Shown here one piece after another: positions 26,043 through 38,479 of a stretch of DNA of 64,000 nt (position 1 is its first letter; every line of letters begins with the position of its first letter). The notes beneath the pieces are model-generated. The model was not told the origin of the DNA, made no database searches, and saw only the letters and a program-made list of their open reading frames with translations. Made by a program: the position numbers and the translations under genes. Source of the DNA: Octopus bimaculoides (lineage: Eukaryota); NCBI RefSeq assembly GCF_001194135.2, contig NC_068990.1:19626272-19690271 (forward strand), written 5' to 3'.

Positions 26043-27749
26043 NNNNNNNNNNNNNNNNNNNNNNNNNNNNNNNNNNNNNNNNNNNNNNNNNNNNNNNNNN
26101 NNNNNNNNNNNNNNNNNNNNNNNNNNNNNNNNNNNNNNNNNNNNNNNNNNNNNNNNNNNNNNNNNNNNNNNNNNNNNNNNNNNNNNNNNNNNNNNNNNNN
26201 NNNNNNNNNNNNNNNNNNNNNNNNNNNNNNNNNNNNNNNNNNNNNNNNNNNNNNNNNNNNNNNNNNNNNNNNNNNNNNNNNNNNNNNNNNNNNNNNNNNN
26301 NNNNNNNNNNNNNNNNNNNNNNNNNNNNNNNNNNNNNNNNNNNNNNNNNNNNNNNNNNNNNNNNNNNNNNNNNNNNNNNNNNNNNNNNNNNNNNNNNNNN
26401 NNNNNNNNNNNNNNNNNNNNNNNNNNNNNNNNNNNNNNNNNNNNNNNNNNNNNNNNNNNNNNNNNNNNNNNNNNNNNNNNNNNNNNNNNNNNNNNNNNNN
26501 NNNNNNNNNNNNNNNNNNNNNNNNNNNNNNNNNNNNNNNNNNNNNNNTATAGTTAAGTTAGTGACGTTACTGTTGTTGTTGTTGCTGTTGCTGTTGATGA
26601 TTTTGTTGTTGTTGTTGGTGTTGCGTTTGCTTCTACTGCCTTTGTAGTTGCGGTGGTTGCCGCCATCGTTGTCGTCACTGTTGCTACTGATAATGATGAT
26701 GATGACGACTATGATAATGAGGATGATGACCATGACGATGACTCGGTGGCTTCTTTCATCGTTTTTGTTATCTAATTTTCAGGTGTTAGACTGCGGCCAT
26801 GCTGGGGCACCGCCATGAAGAATCTTAGTCGAATGAGTCAAACCCAGTACGATTTCGTTTTCTTAAGCCTGGTTTAACCAGTATCATCGTCATCAGCAGT
26901 AGCAGCATCGTCGTCGCCGTGAACATCCCTCCGTTCCTCCCTCTCTCCTCCTCATCCTCTTCCTTATCTCCTCTCCTCCCCTCCTCTTCCTGTCTTAAAT
27001 CTCTAACAGTACCGATCAGAAAATTTTATTTTCAAACAGAATGTGGTAGTCCTACACAGGACGATGTTACTATTGTGTTTAGACCCGAGAAAACATCTTT
27101 TCCAGCTGGCTACCGATATAGTATGAGCAAGGGAGTTCATCTTTTCCATCTCTATCCTTCGTGATACTCACAGACCAACGTTTCTGAGTTGTTTCCCGTC
27201 TTCCGTGTGAGACAATCACAGGTCAGTGTGATTGCCGAACCGCTATGTTACGGAGACGTCGCTGCTTTTAGCGAAGCTGTTTCTTGTGCAAGCGTTCACA
27301 GAAGGTCTCTAGTCTGACAAACTGAAAGTAACTTCCCTTTTCGTCAGTTAGCACTTCTACAAAAATCATGCTCTCTGATTAACGCATATAAAAGGAAAAT
27401 GATTAATGAAAATGATTTCAATATTTGGCAAAAGTCCAGCAATTTTTTTCAGGGAGAAATCGATTACATCAATACCAGTATCAATGAGTAATAAGAGAAA
27501 ACATGAAAAGTTGAGAAGGAAGAGAAATAATAGAGAAGGGGTTTCAATTGAAGGAGGGGCAGAGGGTGGCAGAAATCAAGGAAGGGACAGTCGTGAAAAC
27601 ATTAGTGTTTGTAACTGGGTCATCAGACACGAAAGTATTCCTTCGTCTCTTAAAATACGAGGAGCGTTAGAAAATACGCGAAAGATTAGAAAGTCATCCT
27701 GTAATTACTATACTAATATACAAACTGATAATTAAGTTAATGTTGGTTT

Positions 27750-28512
27750 CAAATTACATCGAACTCATTATTCAAGTGGTGCTAATTCTATAGACCGCGA
27801 GAGGGTGAACGGCAAAGTCGACCACGGCGGTATTTGAACTCAGAACATACAGACGGACGAAATACTGCAAAGTATTTTGCCTGAAGTGCTAACCATTCGA
27901 CCAGTTCGTCGCTTTACCGATAAGAAATATTGGTTTCAGTTTTTGGTACAAGGCCAGTAGGAGCTAAGACAATGAAATCGACCCCAGTGTTCAACTGGTA
28001 CTTATTTTATCGATCTCCAAAGGATGAAAGGCAAGGTCGAACTGTTGTTCGTCGTATTAGCAACTCCGCCTGCTCGCCGCCTAATAATGATTAATAGTAA
28101 TGAATATTTTACTTCTGTCTTTATGTTCTGAGTTCAAATTCCGCCGAGGTCGACTTTGCCTTTCATCCTTTCGGTGTCGATAAATTAAGTACCAGTTGCG
28201 TACTGGGGTCGATCTAATTGTGCCTAGAGTAGAAAATAATGATAATGGATATTTTGTTGGTGATAGCATCATTTTTGTTGGTGGATTAAGCGATAACATT
28301 CTTTTCTACTTTAGGCACGAAACCCGAAACTTTTTGGGAGGGGAACAGTTGATTAGATCGACCCCAGTATGCAACTGGTATTTAATTTATCGTCCTCGAA
28401 AGGATGAAAGACAAAGTCAACCGCTGTGGAATTTGAACTCAGAACGTAACGGCAGACGAAGTACCGCTAAGCATTTCGCCCGGCGTGCTAACGTTTCTGC
28501 CAGCTCGCCGCC
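27750..28512. mobile_element. Cluster of four family A SINE pieces (-, -, +, -)
   Basis: Minus ~27750-27915 and ~27930-28040, plus ~28113-28225, minus ~28300-28512. Confidence 0.85.
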
Positions 28513-28739
28513 GATTAAGCGATAATATTCCCAACATTTAAAATGGTTCTCATTGTGTTGGTTGTGATGGAACGGTGAAGGTAGTTAATATCATAGTGGT
28601 GGTTTTGATAGTGATAATAATGTTTTTAGTAGTTATTGGAGTTAAATATTATGGTGTTTGTAATGGTCGTCGCGTTAGGAAGAAATTGGATAATGTTGGT
28701 TGCATTACTTGTAATAAAAAAATGGAGCTTGAGATCTTC

Positions 28740-29870
<1,131 letters not shown>

Positions 29871-30654
29871 TACCTATGTGAAGAAGATGAATATAAAATT
29901 CATCAAAATTTGTTAAGAGCCATTCCAGGCTCAGCACACACCTGCTGCTGTCTTTTGACATCACAGACATACATACACACACACACACATACACACATAC
30001 ACACACACACATATATATGCACATATAGGATATGCTTTGATCTGATGAGCTAGCTTTTTTACCTGTATAGTAATCCCTCGACTATCGTGGATATTACGTT
30101 CAAAACCCCCCGGTGATAGGTGAGAATCCGTGAAGTAGAAAGAGTTCTTTATTGCATACATATTTTTTAGTCATTTTTGTAATTTGTATATATTTATTGT
30201 ATTATAAATGCAAAACAAGGTGTTTATAAGCCATTTAAGAAACACACAAAAACCGTTAGATTCACTTCAACATTTAAATTTAATTTGCTAAAATATTTTC
30301 GTCGCTTTGAGACTGCGACCTCTTCACAGACAAAATTTGTGAACCATGCGGTTGGTAAGCAAGCTATTTACCATACAGCCACGCCTGCGCCTATGTTCGA
30401 TATTTTAACATTAATGGCAATCTAGTATCAACAGATTGATTCATATAAGGCGGCCATTAAGAATATAACAAATACTTGTATAACAGGCATCCATCACACA
30501 AATCTCTTTCTCACAATTACTTCTGCACTAACACACGTGACCGCTTACTTTTACCCCCACCAGCACTCATATATGTACACACACACACACACATACACGC
30601 ACACGCACACGCACACGTACACGCGCGCGCGCGTATATTATTTTATTCTTTTAT

Positions 30655-30850
30655 ACTTTTACTTGTTTTAGTGATTTGACTGCGGCCATGCTGGAGCGTC
30701 TCTCTCACTCGAATAAATCAACTCCAGGACTTATTCTTTGTATGCCTAGTACTTAATCCATCGGGCTCATTACCGAACCGCTAAGTTACAGGGACGTAAA
30801 CACCCCAACATCTGTTGTCCAAGCGATGTTGGGAGCACAAAAACAGACAC
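30655..30850 (-). mobile_element. Family C SINE, 3' half
   Basis: TTTTACTTGTTT.AGT.ATTTGACTGCGGCCATGCTGGAGC...CCAGGACTTATTCTTTGT..GCCTAGTACTT...CCGAACCGCTAAGTTAC.GGGACGTAAAC. Confidence 0.88.
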
Positions 30851-30868
30851 ACAAATACACACACGCAC

Positions 30869-30910
<42 letters not shown>

Positions 30911-31485
30911 GGACAGACGCGTACACACATGCAAGTTTTTATATATTTATTTAAACACTTCATTTTTTTTCTTGCGACTCGAATTCCACTGTCAGGCGTT
31001 CGTTTCTTTTGGGAAATATATCTCCCACTGGTTTGATATACCATAATTCGGAATATTCATTTTGTATGTCGCTAGAGGTCTAATTGGCTATTTTCTAATT
31101 ATTATTTTGTCAGAGTGCCACATTTTCTCTTCTTTCTCTATGTTCTTTTACCCAAAATTTCCCAAGCGTTATTTGCATTTAATTGTTACCACTTTGCAAA
31201 TTGTGGAATTTTTTACAGGTTTGTCTGGCCAGATAATCTTTGGTCGATTTCGTTATTATATCTGCTTATCCGAGTTCTTATTTTATTGATGGTTGTACTA
31301 ATTGTGTGACGATTTCTGCCCGATGCCACTGAATTTTCTAATTCTCGTGTTCTCTTATTTGTTTATTGCTCTTGTAATCTCAGTCTGGTTAAGTTGAGGC
31401 GCTGTAATCTCGAACAAAAAACCAAACAACCTTGTAAACAATACAGCTATGCATACGTTTGTATAATAGGCGTGGCTATGCAGTT

Positions 31486-31860
31486 ACAGGTGTGGCTGCG
31501 TAGGCGCAGGTATGACTGCGTAGGCTGTGTAGTAAGAAGTTTGCTTCTCAGCCAGATAGTTCCGGGTTCAAGCCTATTGCGTGGTAAGTCGGACTAGTGT
31601 CTTCGGGCCTACGAAAGTCCCATGAGATGATTTGATAAACGGAAACTGAAAGAAGACCGTCATATATATGTGTTTTTGTGTGTGCCTTTGTGTCTCCATT
31701 CGTCACCCAAAACTGTTTGATGATTATTGTTGGTGTGTTTATTTCCCTATAAGATAACAGTTCGGCAAATGAGGCTGATAGAATAAGTATCGAGCTTTAA
31801 AAAGTACACGGTAGTGCCCCAGCATGGCTGAAGTCTTATGATGAAACAAATAAAACATAA
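31486..31860 (+). mobile_element. Family C SINE with a reiterated head
   Basis: Several short GGC(G/T)TGGCT-like starts, then AAGAAGTTTGCTTC...GGAAACTGAAAGAAG...CCCAGCATGGCTG. Confidence 0.75.
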
Positions 31861-31948
31861 AAGATATAGATGAGTATGTACCAACAAACGAAAGAAAGAA
31901 GCGCTCAACACATTTTGTAGTAGTTACTAATATTTAGGTACAGTTTGC

Positions 31949-32860
31949 GGGCGGCGAGCTGGCAGAAACGTTAGCGCACCGGGCGAAGTGCTAGGCGGTA
32001 TTTCGTCTGCCGCTACGTTCTGTGTTCAAATTCCGCCGAGGTCGACTTTGCTTTTCATCCTTTCGATGTCGATTAAATAAGTACCAGTTACGCACTGAGG
32101 CCGATATAATCGACATAATCTGTTTGTTTGTCCTCTCTGTGTGTAGCCCCTTCCGGGCAGTAAAGAAATTAGAATCGTGAGCACTCCGGGTGAAATGCAT
32201 AACGGTGTTTCATCTGCCTTTAAGTTCTGAGTTCAAATTCTGCCGAGGTTGACTTTACTTTTCATTCTTTCGGAGTCGGTAAATTAAGTACAAGTTGCAA
32301 ACTGAGGTCAATCTACTGGACTGGCCCCTCACCAAAAAATTTTGGGCCTTGTGCCTAAAGTAGAAAAGAATATTTAGTAACAGTTTTGTTCAGCTTCGCA
32401 TAATCTAAAGTTTTGTGAACGTGGTGGACTCGTCCACCTCATCAGATGCTGAAATGCATCTGATGTTATGTGGAGATGAGTCAAACTGCTCTAAGTATAA
32501 CCATAGACATTGATATTTTATTTACATACATAGGAGGTGGGGGAGACAGGGTCGTTATCACGCCGGACAAAATGCTTTGCAACATTTCATCCGTGTTTAC
32601 GTTCCATAGGTCGACTTTGTGTTTCAGCCTTTAGGCGTCGATAAAATAAGTACCGAGTAATAGGGTCGATGTAATCGACCTACCTCTTCCTTGAAATTGC
32701 TAGCCTTGTCCGTCTTTACTGAGTTCGAAATCTGCCGAGGTCGACTTTGCTTTCATCCTTTCGCTGGCGATGAAATAAATACCAGTTGATCACTGAAGCC
32801 GATCTAATCAACTACTCCCACCAAAAAACAAAATTGATTCAGCCCCTATGCGTATAGGAC
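31949..32860 (+). mobile_element. Tandem cluster of family A SINEs (one full copy ~31949-32170, then several partial copies)
   Basis: Full head, central domain and tail GTAGCCCCTT...GGCAGTAAAGAAAT; further copies at ~32180-32370, 32540-32710 and 32710-32860. Confidence 0.88.
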
Positions 32861-33359
32861 AAAATATATCACTTTACATTAGAATTCCATTAACTTAGAT
32901 TGAAAGAAGGTATGTTTACAACCTGCTCATGGAAAGAAATCAGTTGTTACTATCTGAACTTTAGATAATTTATGCGGGTGAAGGGCACCAAGAAAACTTA
33001 AGTTGATGTAATTCTCGGTGCTTCTATTTCTCGTAATATCGTAGTATAAGAAGAATGCGTCATCAGGCAATCCATCTATTGATTTGAAGCTTTTAACATG
33101 ATAACAGTATTCTAAAGTATACTGGTATTGTACAAGAGATGTGTTTTATCGCTCAATCTTCTTGACGCCATTAAAGAGACACTAAGCTCGGAGACTTAAA
33201 TCGGTTTCAGGGTCTACAAGAAATTTACATAATATCCTGACTAAATCATTATTAGTTTTATTTCAAACTCTATTTTCATGCCATTTTCTTCCGTGTTCGT
33301 TGCTTTTACTTTTTTGCTTTGTGATTCGAATAGACTTCAAATCCTTCTTTTACTTAATC

Positions 33360-33478
33360 GTTTTCTTCTTCTTCTTCTTCTTTTTTCTTCTTCTTCTTCT
33401 TCTTCTTCTTCTTCTTTTTTCTTCTTCTTCTTCTTCTTCTTCTTCTTTTTTCTTCTTCTTCTTCTTCTTCTTCTTCTT
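33360..33478. repeat. (CTT)n microsatellite running into a gap
   Basis: Directly visible. Confidence 0.95.
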
Positions 33479-34496
33479 NNNNNNNNNNNNNNNNNNNNNN
33501 NNNNNNNNNNNNNNNNNNNNNNNNNNNNNNNNNNNNNNNNNNNNNNNNNNNNNNNNNNNNNNNNNNNNNNNNNNNNNNNNNNNNNNNNNNNNNNNNNNNN
33601 NNNNNNNNNNNNNNNNNNNNNNNNNNNNNNNNNNNNNNNNNNNNNNNNNNNNNNNNNNNNNNNNNNNNNNNNNNNNNNNNNNNNNNNNNNNNNNNNNNNN
33701 NNNNNNNNNNNNNNNNNNNNNNNNNNNNNNNNNNNNNNNNNNNNNNNNNNNNNNNNNNNNNNNNNNNNNNNNNNNNNNNNNNNNNNNNNNNNNNNNNNNN
33801 NNNNNNNNNNNNNNNNNNNNNNNNNNNNNNNNNNNNNNNNNNNNNNNNNNNNNNNNNNNNNNNNNNNNNNNNNNNNNNNNNNNNNNNNNNNNNNNNNNNN
33901 NNNNNNNNNNNNNNNNNNNNNNNNNNNNNNNNNNNNNNNNNNNNNNNNNNNNNNNNNNNNNNNNNNNNNNNNNNNNNNNNNNNNNNNNNNNNNNNNNNNN
34001 NNNNNNNNNNNNNNNNNNNNNNNNNNNNNNNNNNNNNNNNNNNNNNNNNNNNNNNNNNNNNNNNNNNNNNNNNNNNNNNNNNNNNNNNNNNNNNNNNNNN
34101 NNNNNNNNNNNNNNNNNNNNNNNNNNNNNNNNNNNNNNNNNNNNNNNNNNNNNNNNNNNNNNNNNNNNNNNNNNNNNNNNNNNNNNNNNNNNNNNNNNNN
34201 NNNNNNNNNNNNNNNNNNNNNNNNNNNNNNNNNNNNNNNNNNNNNNNNNNNNNNNNNNNNNNNNNNNNNNNNNNNNNNNNNNNNNNNNNNNNNNNNNNNN
34301 NNNNNNNNNNNNNNNNNNNNNNNNNNNNNNNNNNNNNNNNNNNNNNNNNNNNNNNNNNNNNNNNNNNNNNNNNNNNNNNNNNNNNNNNNNNNNNNNNNNN
34401 NNNNNNNNNNNNNNNNNNNNNNNNNNNNNNNNNNNNNNNNNNNNNNNNNNNCACACACACACACACACACACACACGAAGGGGTGCTGAAAAGTTT

Positions 34497-34765
34497 CTTA
34501 TTTCTTTATTGCCCACAATGGGCTAAACATGGAGGGGACAAACAAGGACAGACAAAGGGATTAAGTCGATTACACCGACCCCAGTGCGTAACTGGTACCT
34601 ATTTAATCGACCCCGAAAGGATGAAAAGCTAAGTCGAGCTCGGCGGAATTTTAATTCAGAACGTAACAGTAGACGAAATACGGCGGAATTTTAACTCAGA
34701 ACGTAACAGTAGACGAAATACCGCTAAGTATTTCTCCCGACGTGCTAACGTTTCTGCCAGCTCGC
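34497..34765 (-). mobile_element. Family A SINE, full length, with a ~40-bp internal tandem duplication
   Basis: Tail ATTTCTTTATTGCCCACAATGGGCTAAAC; CGGCGGAATTTTAA(T/C)TCAGAACGTAACAGTAGACGAAATA occurs twice; head CTGCCAGCTCGC. Confidence 0.92.
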
Positions 34766-35559
34766 TGCATGGCAGAAAAGTTTCTGGTCTTTGAGGTATA
34801 GCGAAAAGCCTGATTAGAATCCCAAATTTCCGAGTTCTTGTACAGGGCTTAGAAAAACTGAAGGGTCGCTGCAATAAGTGTGTGAATCAGACAAATATGT
34901 TGAATAAAATCGTAATTAAGTGATTTTCTTTTACCTAAAGCCAGGAAGCATATATACAAGCTAAGGAAGTTGAGCTTTAGTAAAATTTGCACAAATATAT
35001 TAAAAATAAATTTAAATATACTTTAATAAATTTCCAAATATAATAAACGTTTGGAATATATTCTAAAATGCTTCCTTATTGTTAAAGAAAATATTTTCTC
35101 TTATTTCAAAATGTTATCTACATAAATATATGGATCTGTAGCATGAGAAGGCGTTTATTTAAGAATATATTCCTGATATTAGGAAATTGGCGCGAAGTTA
35201 ATTCATTATTAAATACAAATATTTGGCACCAAGCTCGGCAATTTGGTTTGGAATAAAGCCATTAATAACTCAATAATCTTTCGGTAATATTAAATTAATA
35301 CAAGCATTTTTTCTGTATGTATATAAGTATGTATATATGGAAATAAATGTACATATATGCATACGTATATTTGAGCATATTTATGTATAAACATATATAC
35401 GTATACTAGAAATTCATAGAATATAAATGTGGATTTACATTCTCTATGCCTCTGAAATTTGCTTCTGTGTGCTTATATTATCCTTCTTTATATCCTTTAT
35501 TAGTTTCAGGCTGCCCCAGCATGGCCGCAGCTCTCAGCCTGTAGCTACTATGCGATGTC

Positions 35560-36430
35560 CTGAACGATGTCCGTATTTTTTTGTATTTTGTCCTGTAATT
35601 ATCACTCATTGGTGATGTCCTGTACTTAATGTGCAATTTTTTTTATTTATTTATAATTGAACGCCATGCAGCCTTGTCCACAGCAAGTTCTTACATTTAT
35701 ATATAATTTCGGCGACTCCACACTCTCTTTTCTTTCTTTCTCCCCCCCCCACTCTATAATCATCTATATTTTCCGTTTCTCCCTTCTTTCTTTGCTGTCC
35801 TCTTTCTTCCACTCCTTACCAGTTTTCGTTACTTCTCTCTCTTCTCCTCACTCCCTTTGTTCCTTTCCCTCATCCCCTCTCTTGTCCCCTTACCCTCTTT
35901 CTGTTGCTCACTCGTGACTACAGGCCACTTCTCTCGCCTCTGTCTTTTCTGAATGAGACGACGTCCTCCGAGCTGGAAGGCATTTCTCTCGCCTCTCGAG
36001 ACTTTTTCTCTTCTAATATTTTCTTCTCTCCTATATATTCCATATCCTTTCAAAATTTCTCCCGGGCGTTACCCATTACAATTCGTCTTTGCCCAACGGC
36101 TCTTAATGTTTGTGTTCGTCGATTGGTTACTCTGTATGTCCACTCTGTTGTTGTTTGTTCGTCCGAGGCCCTAACGCTCCATAAATTCTATATTAAAAAA
36201 AATTCCTGAATATTGCTATCTTATGAAGTTTTACTAACACGTCATTGAAAGCATGAAATAGGGAACATTAAAGCAGTCGACAACTGACGAGAAGTTAGCT
36301 TCTTTTCGTATTTTATCCTGTACTTATATCTCGTGTGTTAACGTATTTGTGACCCATTGGTGATGTCCTTACGAAATGTGTGTTTTAATTAATAGTTGAA
36401 TACCACGCAACCTTGTCCACAGTAAGTTCT
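35560..36430 (-). repeat. ~750-bp terminally redundant repeat unit (unclassified family X), copy 1
   Basis: CATTGGTGATGTCCT..AC...CCA(T/C)GCA(G/A)CCTTGTCCACAG(C/T)AAGTTCTTA occurs at ~35608-35695 and ~36356-36432 (period 748). Shares the GTACAGGACATCA anchor, GTGAGCAAC and AAGT(A/T)ACGAAAACT with the copies at 38.5-40.8 kb. Confidence 0.65.
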
Positions 36431-37460
36431 TATATATATATATATNNNNNNNNNNNNNNNNNNNNNNNNNNNNNNNNNNNNNNNNNNNNNNNNNNNNNNN
36501 NNNNNNNNNNNNNNNNNNNNNNNNNNNNNNNNNNNNNNNNNNNNNNNNNNNNNNNNNNNNNNNNNNNNNNNNNNNNNNNNNNNNNNNNNNNNNNNNNNNN
36601 NNNNNNNNNNNNNNNNNNNNNNNNNNNNNNNNNNNNNNNNNNNNNNNNNNNNNNNNNNNNNNNNNNNNNNNNNNNNNNNNNNNNNNNNNNNNNNNNNNNN
36701 NNNNNNNNNNNNNNNNNNNNNNNNNNNNNNNNNNNNNNNNNNNNNNNNNNNNNNNNNNNNNNNNNNNNNNNNNNNNNNNNNNNNNNNNNNNNNNNNNNNN
36801 NNNNNNNNNNNNNNNNNNNNNNNNNNNNNNNNNNNNNNNNNNNNNNNNNNNNNNNNNNNNNNNNNNNNNNNNNNNNNNNNNNNNNNNNNNNNNNNNNNNN
36901 NNNNNNNNNNNNNNNNNNNNNNNNNNNNNNNNNNNNNNNNNNNNNNNNNNNNNNNNNNNNNNNNNNNNNNNNNNNNNNNNNNNNNNNNNNNNNNNNNNNN
37001 NNNNNNNNNNNNNNNNNNNNNNNNNNNNNNNNNNNNNNNNNNNNNNNNNNNNNNNNNNNNNNNNNNNNNNNNNNNNNNNNNNNNNNNNNNNNNNNNNNNN
37101 NNNNNNNNNNNNNNNNNNNNNNNNNNNNNNNNNNNNNNNNNNNNNNNNNNNNNNNNNNNNNNNNNNNNNNNNNNNNNNNNNNNNNNNNNNNNNNNNNNNN
37201 NNNNNNNNNNNNNNNNNNNNNNNNNNNNNNNNNNNNNNNNNNNNNNNNNNNNNNNNNNNNNNNNNNNNNNNNNNNNNNNNNNNNNNNNNNNNNNNNNNNN
37301 NNNNNNNNNATATACACACACACACATATATATGTATATATAAAATCTGTTATCATTTCCTTTTTTCAGTCATTAGGTTGTGGTCAAGCTGAAGTCATCT
37401 TCAATAATTTCTTTGGGCTTAAAATAGATGACTTCACGAAAATGAAATCCTTGTGTTTAG

Positions 37461-37496
<36 letters not shown>

Positions 37497-38479
37497 CTTC
37501 ACAACATGCATATATATAGATAATTTATACCGCATATGATTTAAGCTCGTTAATAAGATCTCTTTTCGGAAGTGACAAAATCACTAAGCATTGATAACAC
37601 CTACTAACTGCGAAATGCGTATCTGACTGTCCTATCGTTGCTTCTGGAACGAATTCGTTTTGTCTACCATATATTTGCTTCTATAAACTTCATATACATG
37701 AGTATATATATATATATAAAAATGCACTCTGCTTTGTAATTTTTTTTTATATTGTTTAATCTATTACTTTATTTCAATATTTTTGCCTAAATACATTTTG
37801 CAAGTGCGCGCACACACACACAAATACACAAAAACGCTCACAAAACACACACACACACACACACATATACAAACACACAAACACGCAAGCACGCACATAA
37901 TTCTTTCCCTCTGTTATTTGTACATTTTAATGGTGACCTCTACATGTCCACTCTCGCTTTATAATAACAATTGCAAGCCTTTTAACATAAACTTTTAACA
38001 TAAACGTCGATGTGAGATAAAAAAAAAAGTTTACTTGCATTGTTCAAAGTATACTTCGTTAATCTTCTCTTCCAAGTGAAATACACATGGTATATTATTA
38101 ATTAAATAGCGCTATACTAACATCAGCAAGTATTTCTTTCTTTACGGCTGTCAGAGCTCAGGTGTCATGTCGTTGATTATATGTCAGAAGTGCTTATTTC
38201 TTTAATATATTTCTTACTTCTATACAAAAGACACGTCATTTTCTTTATGTCTACAAGGTGGGTTTTTCTCTTCGACATCACGTGAACAAATATAGATATA
38301 TTTCTTCGAAACTCATTGGGGCGTGGTCTCTCTTTAACACACACACACAGACACACACACATATATATATGTATGTATATGTATATACTTATATAACATA
38401 AATAATATATATATGTATGTATATGTATATACATATACAACATAAATAATATACATATGTATGTATATGTATATACATA

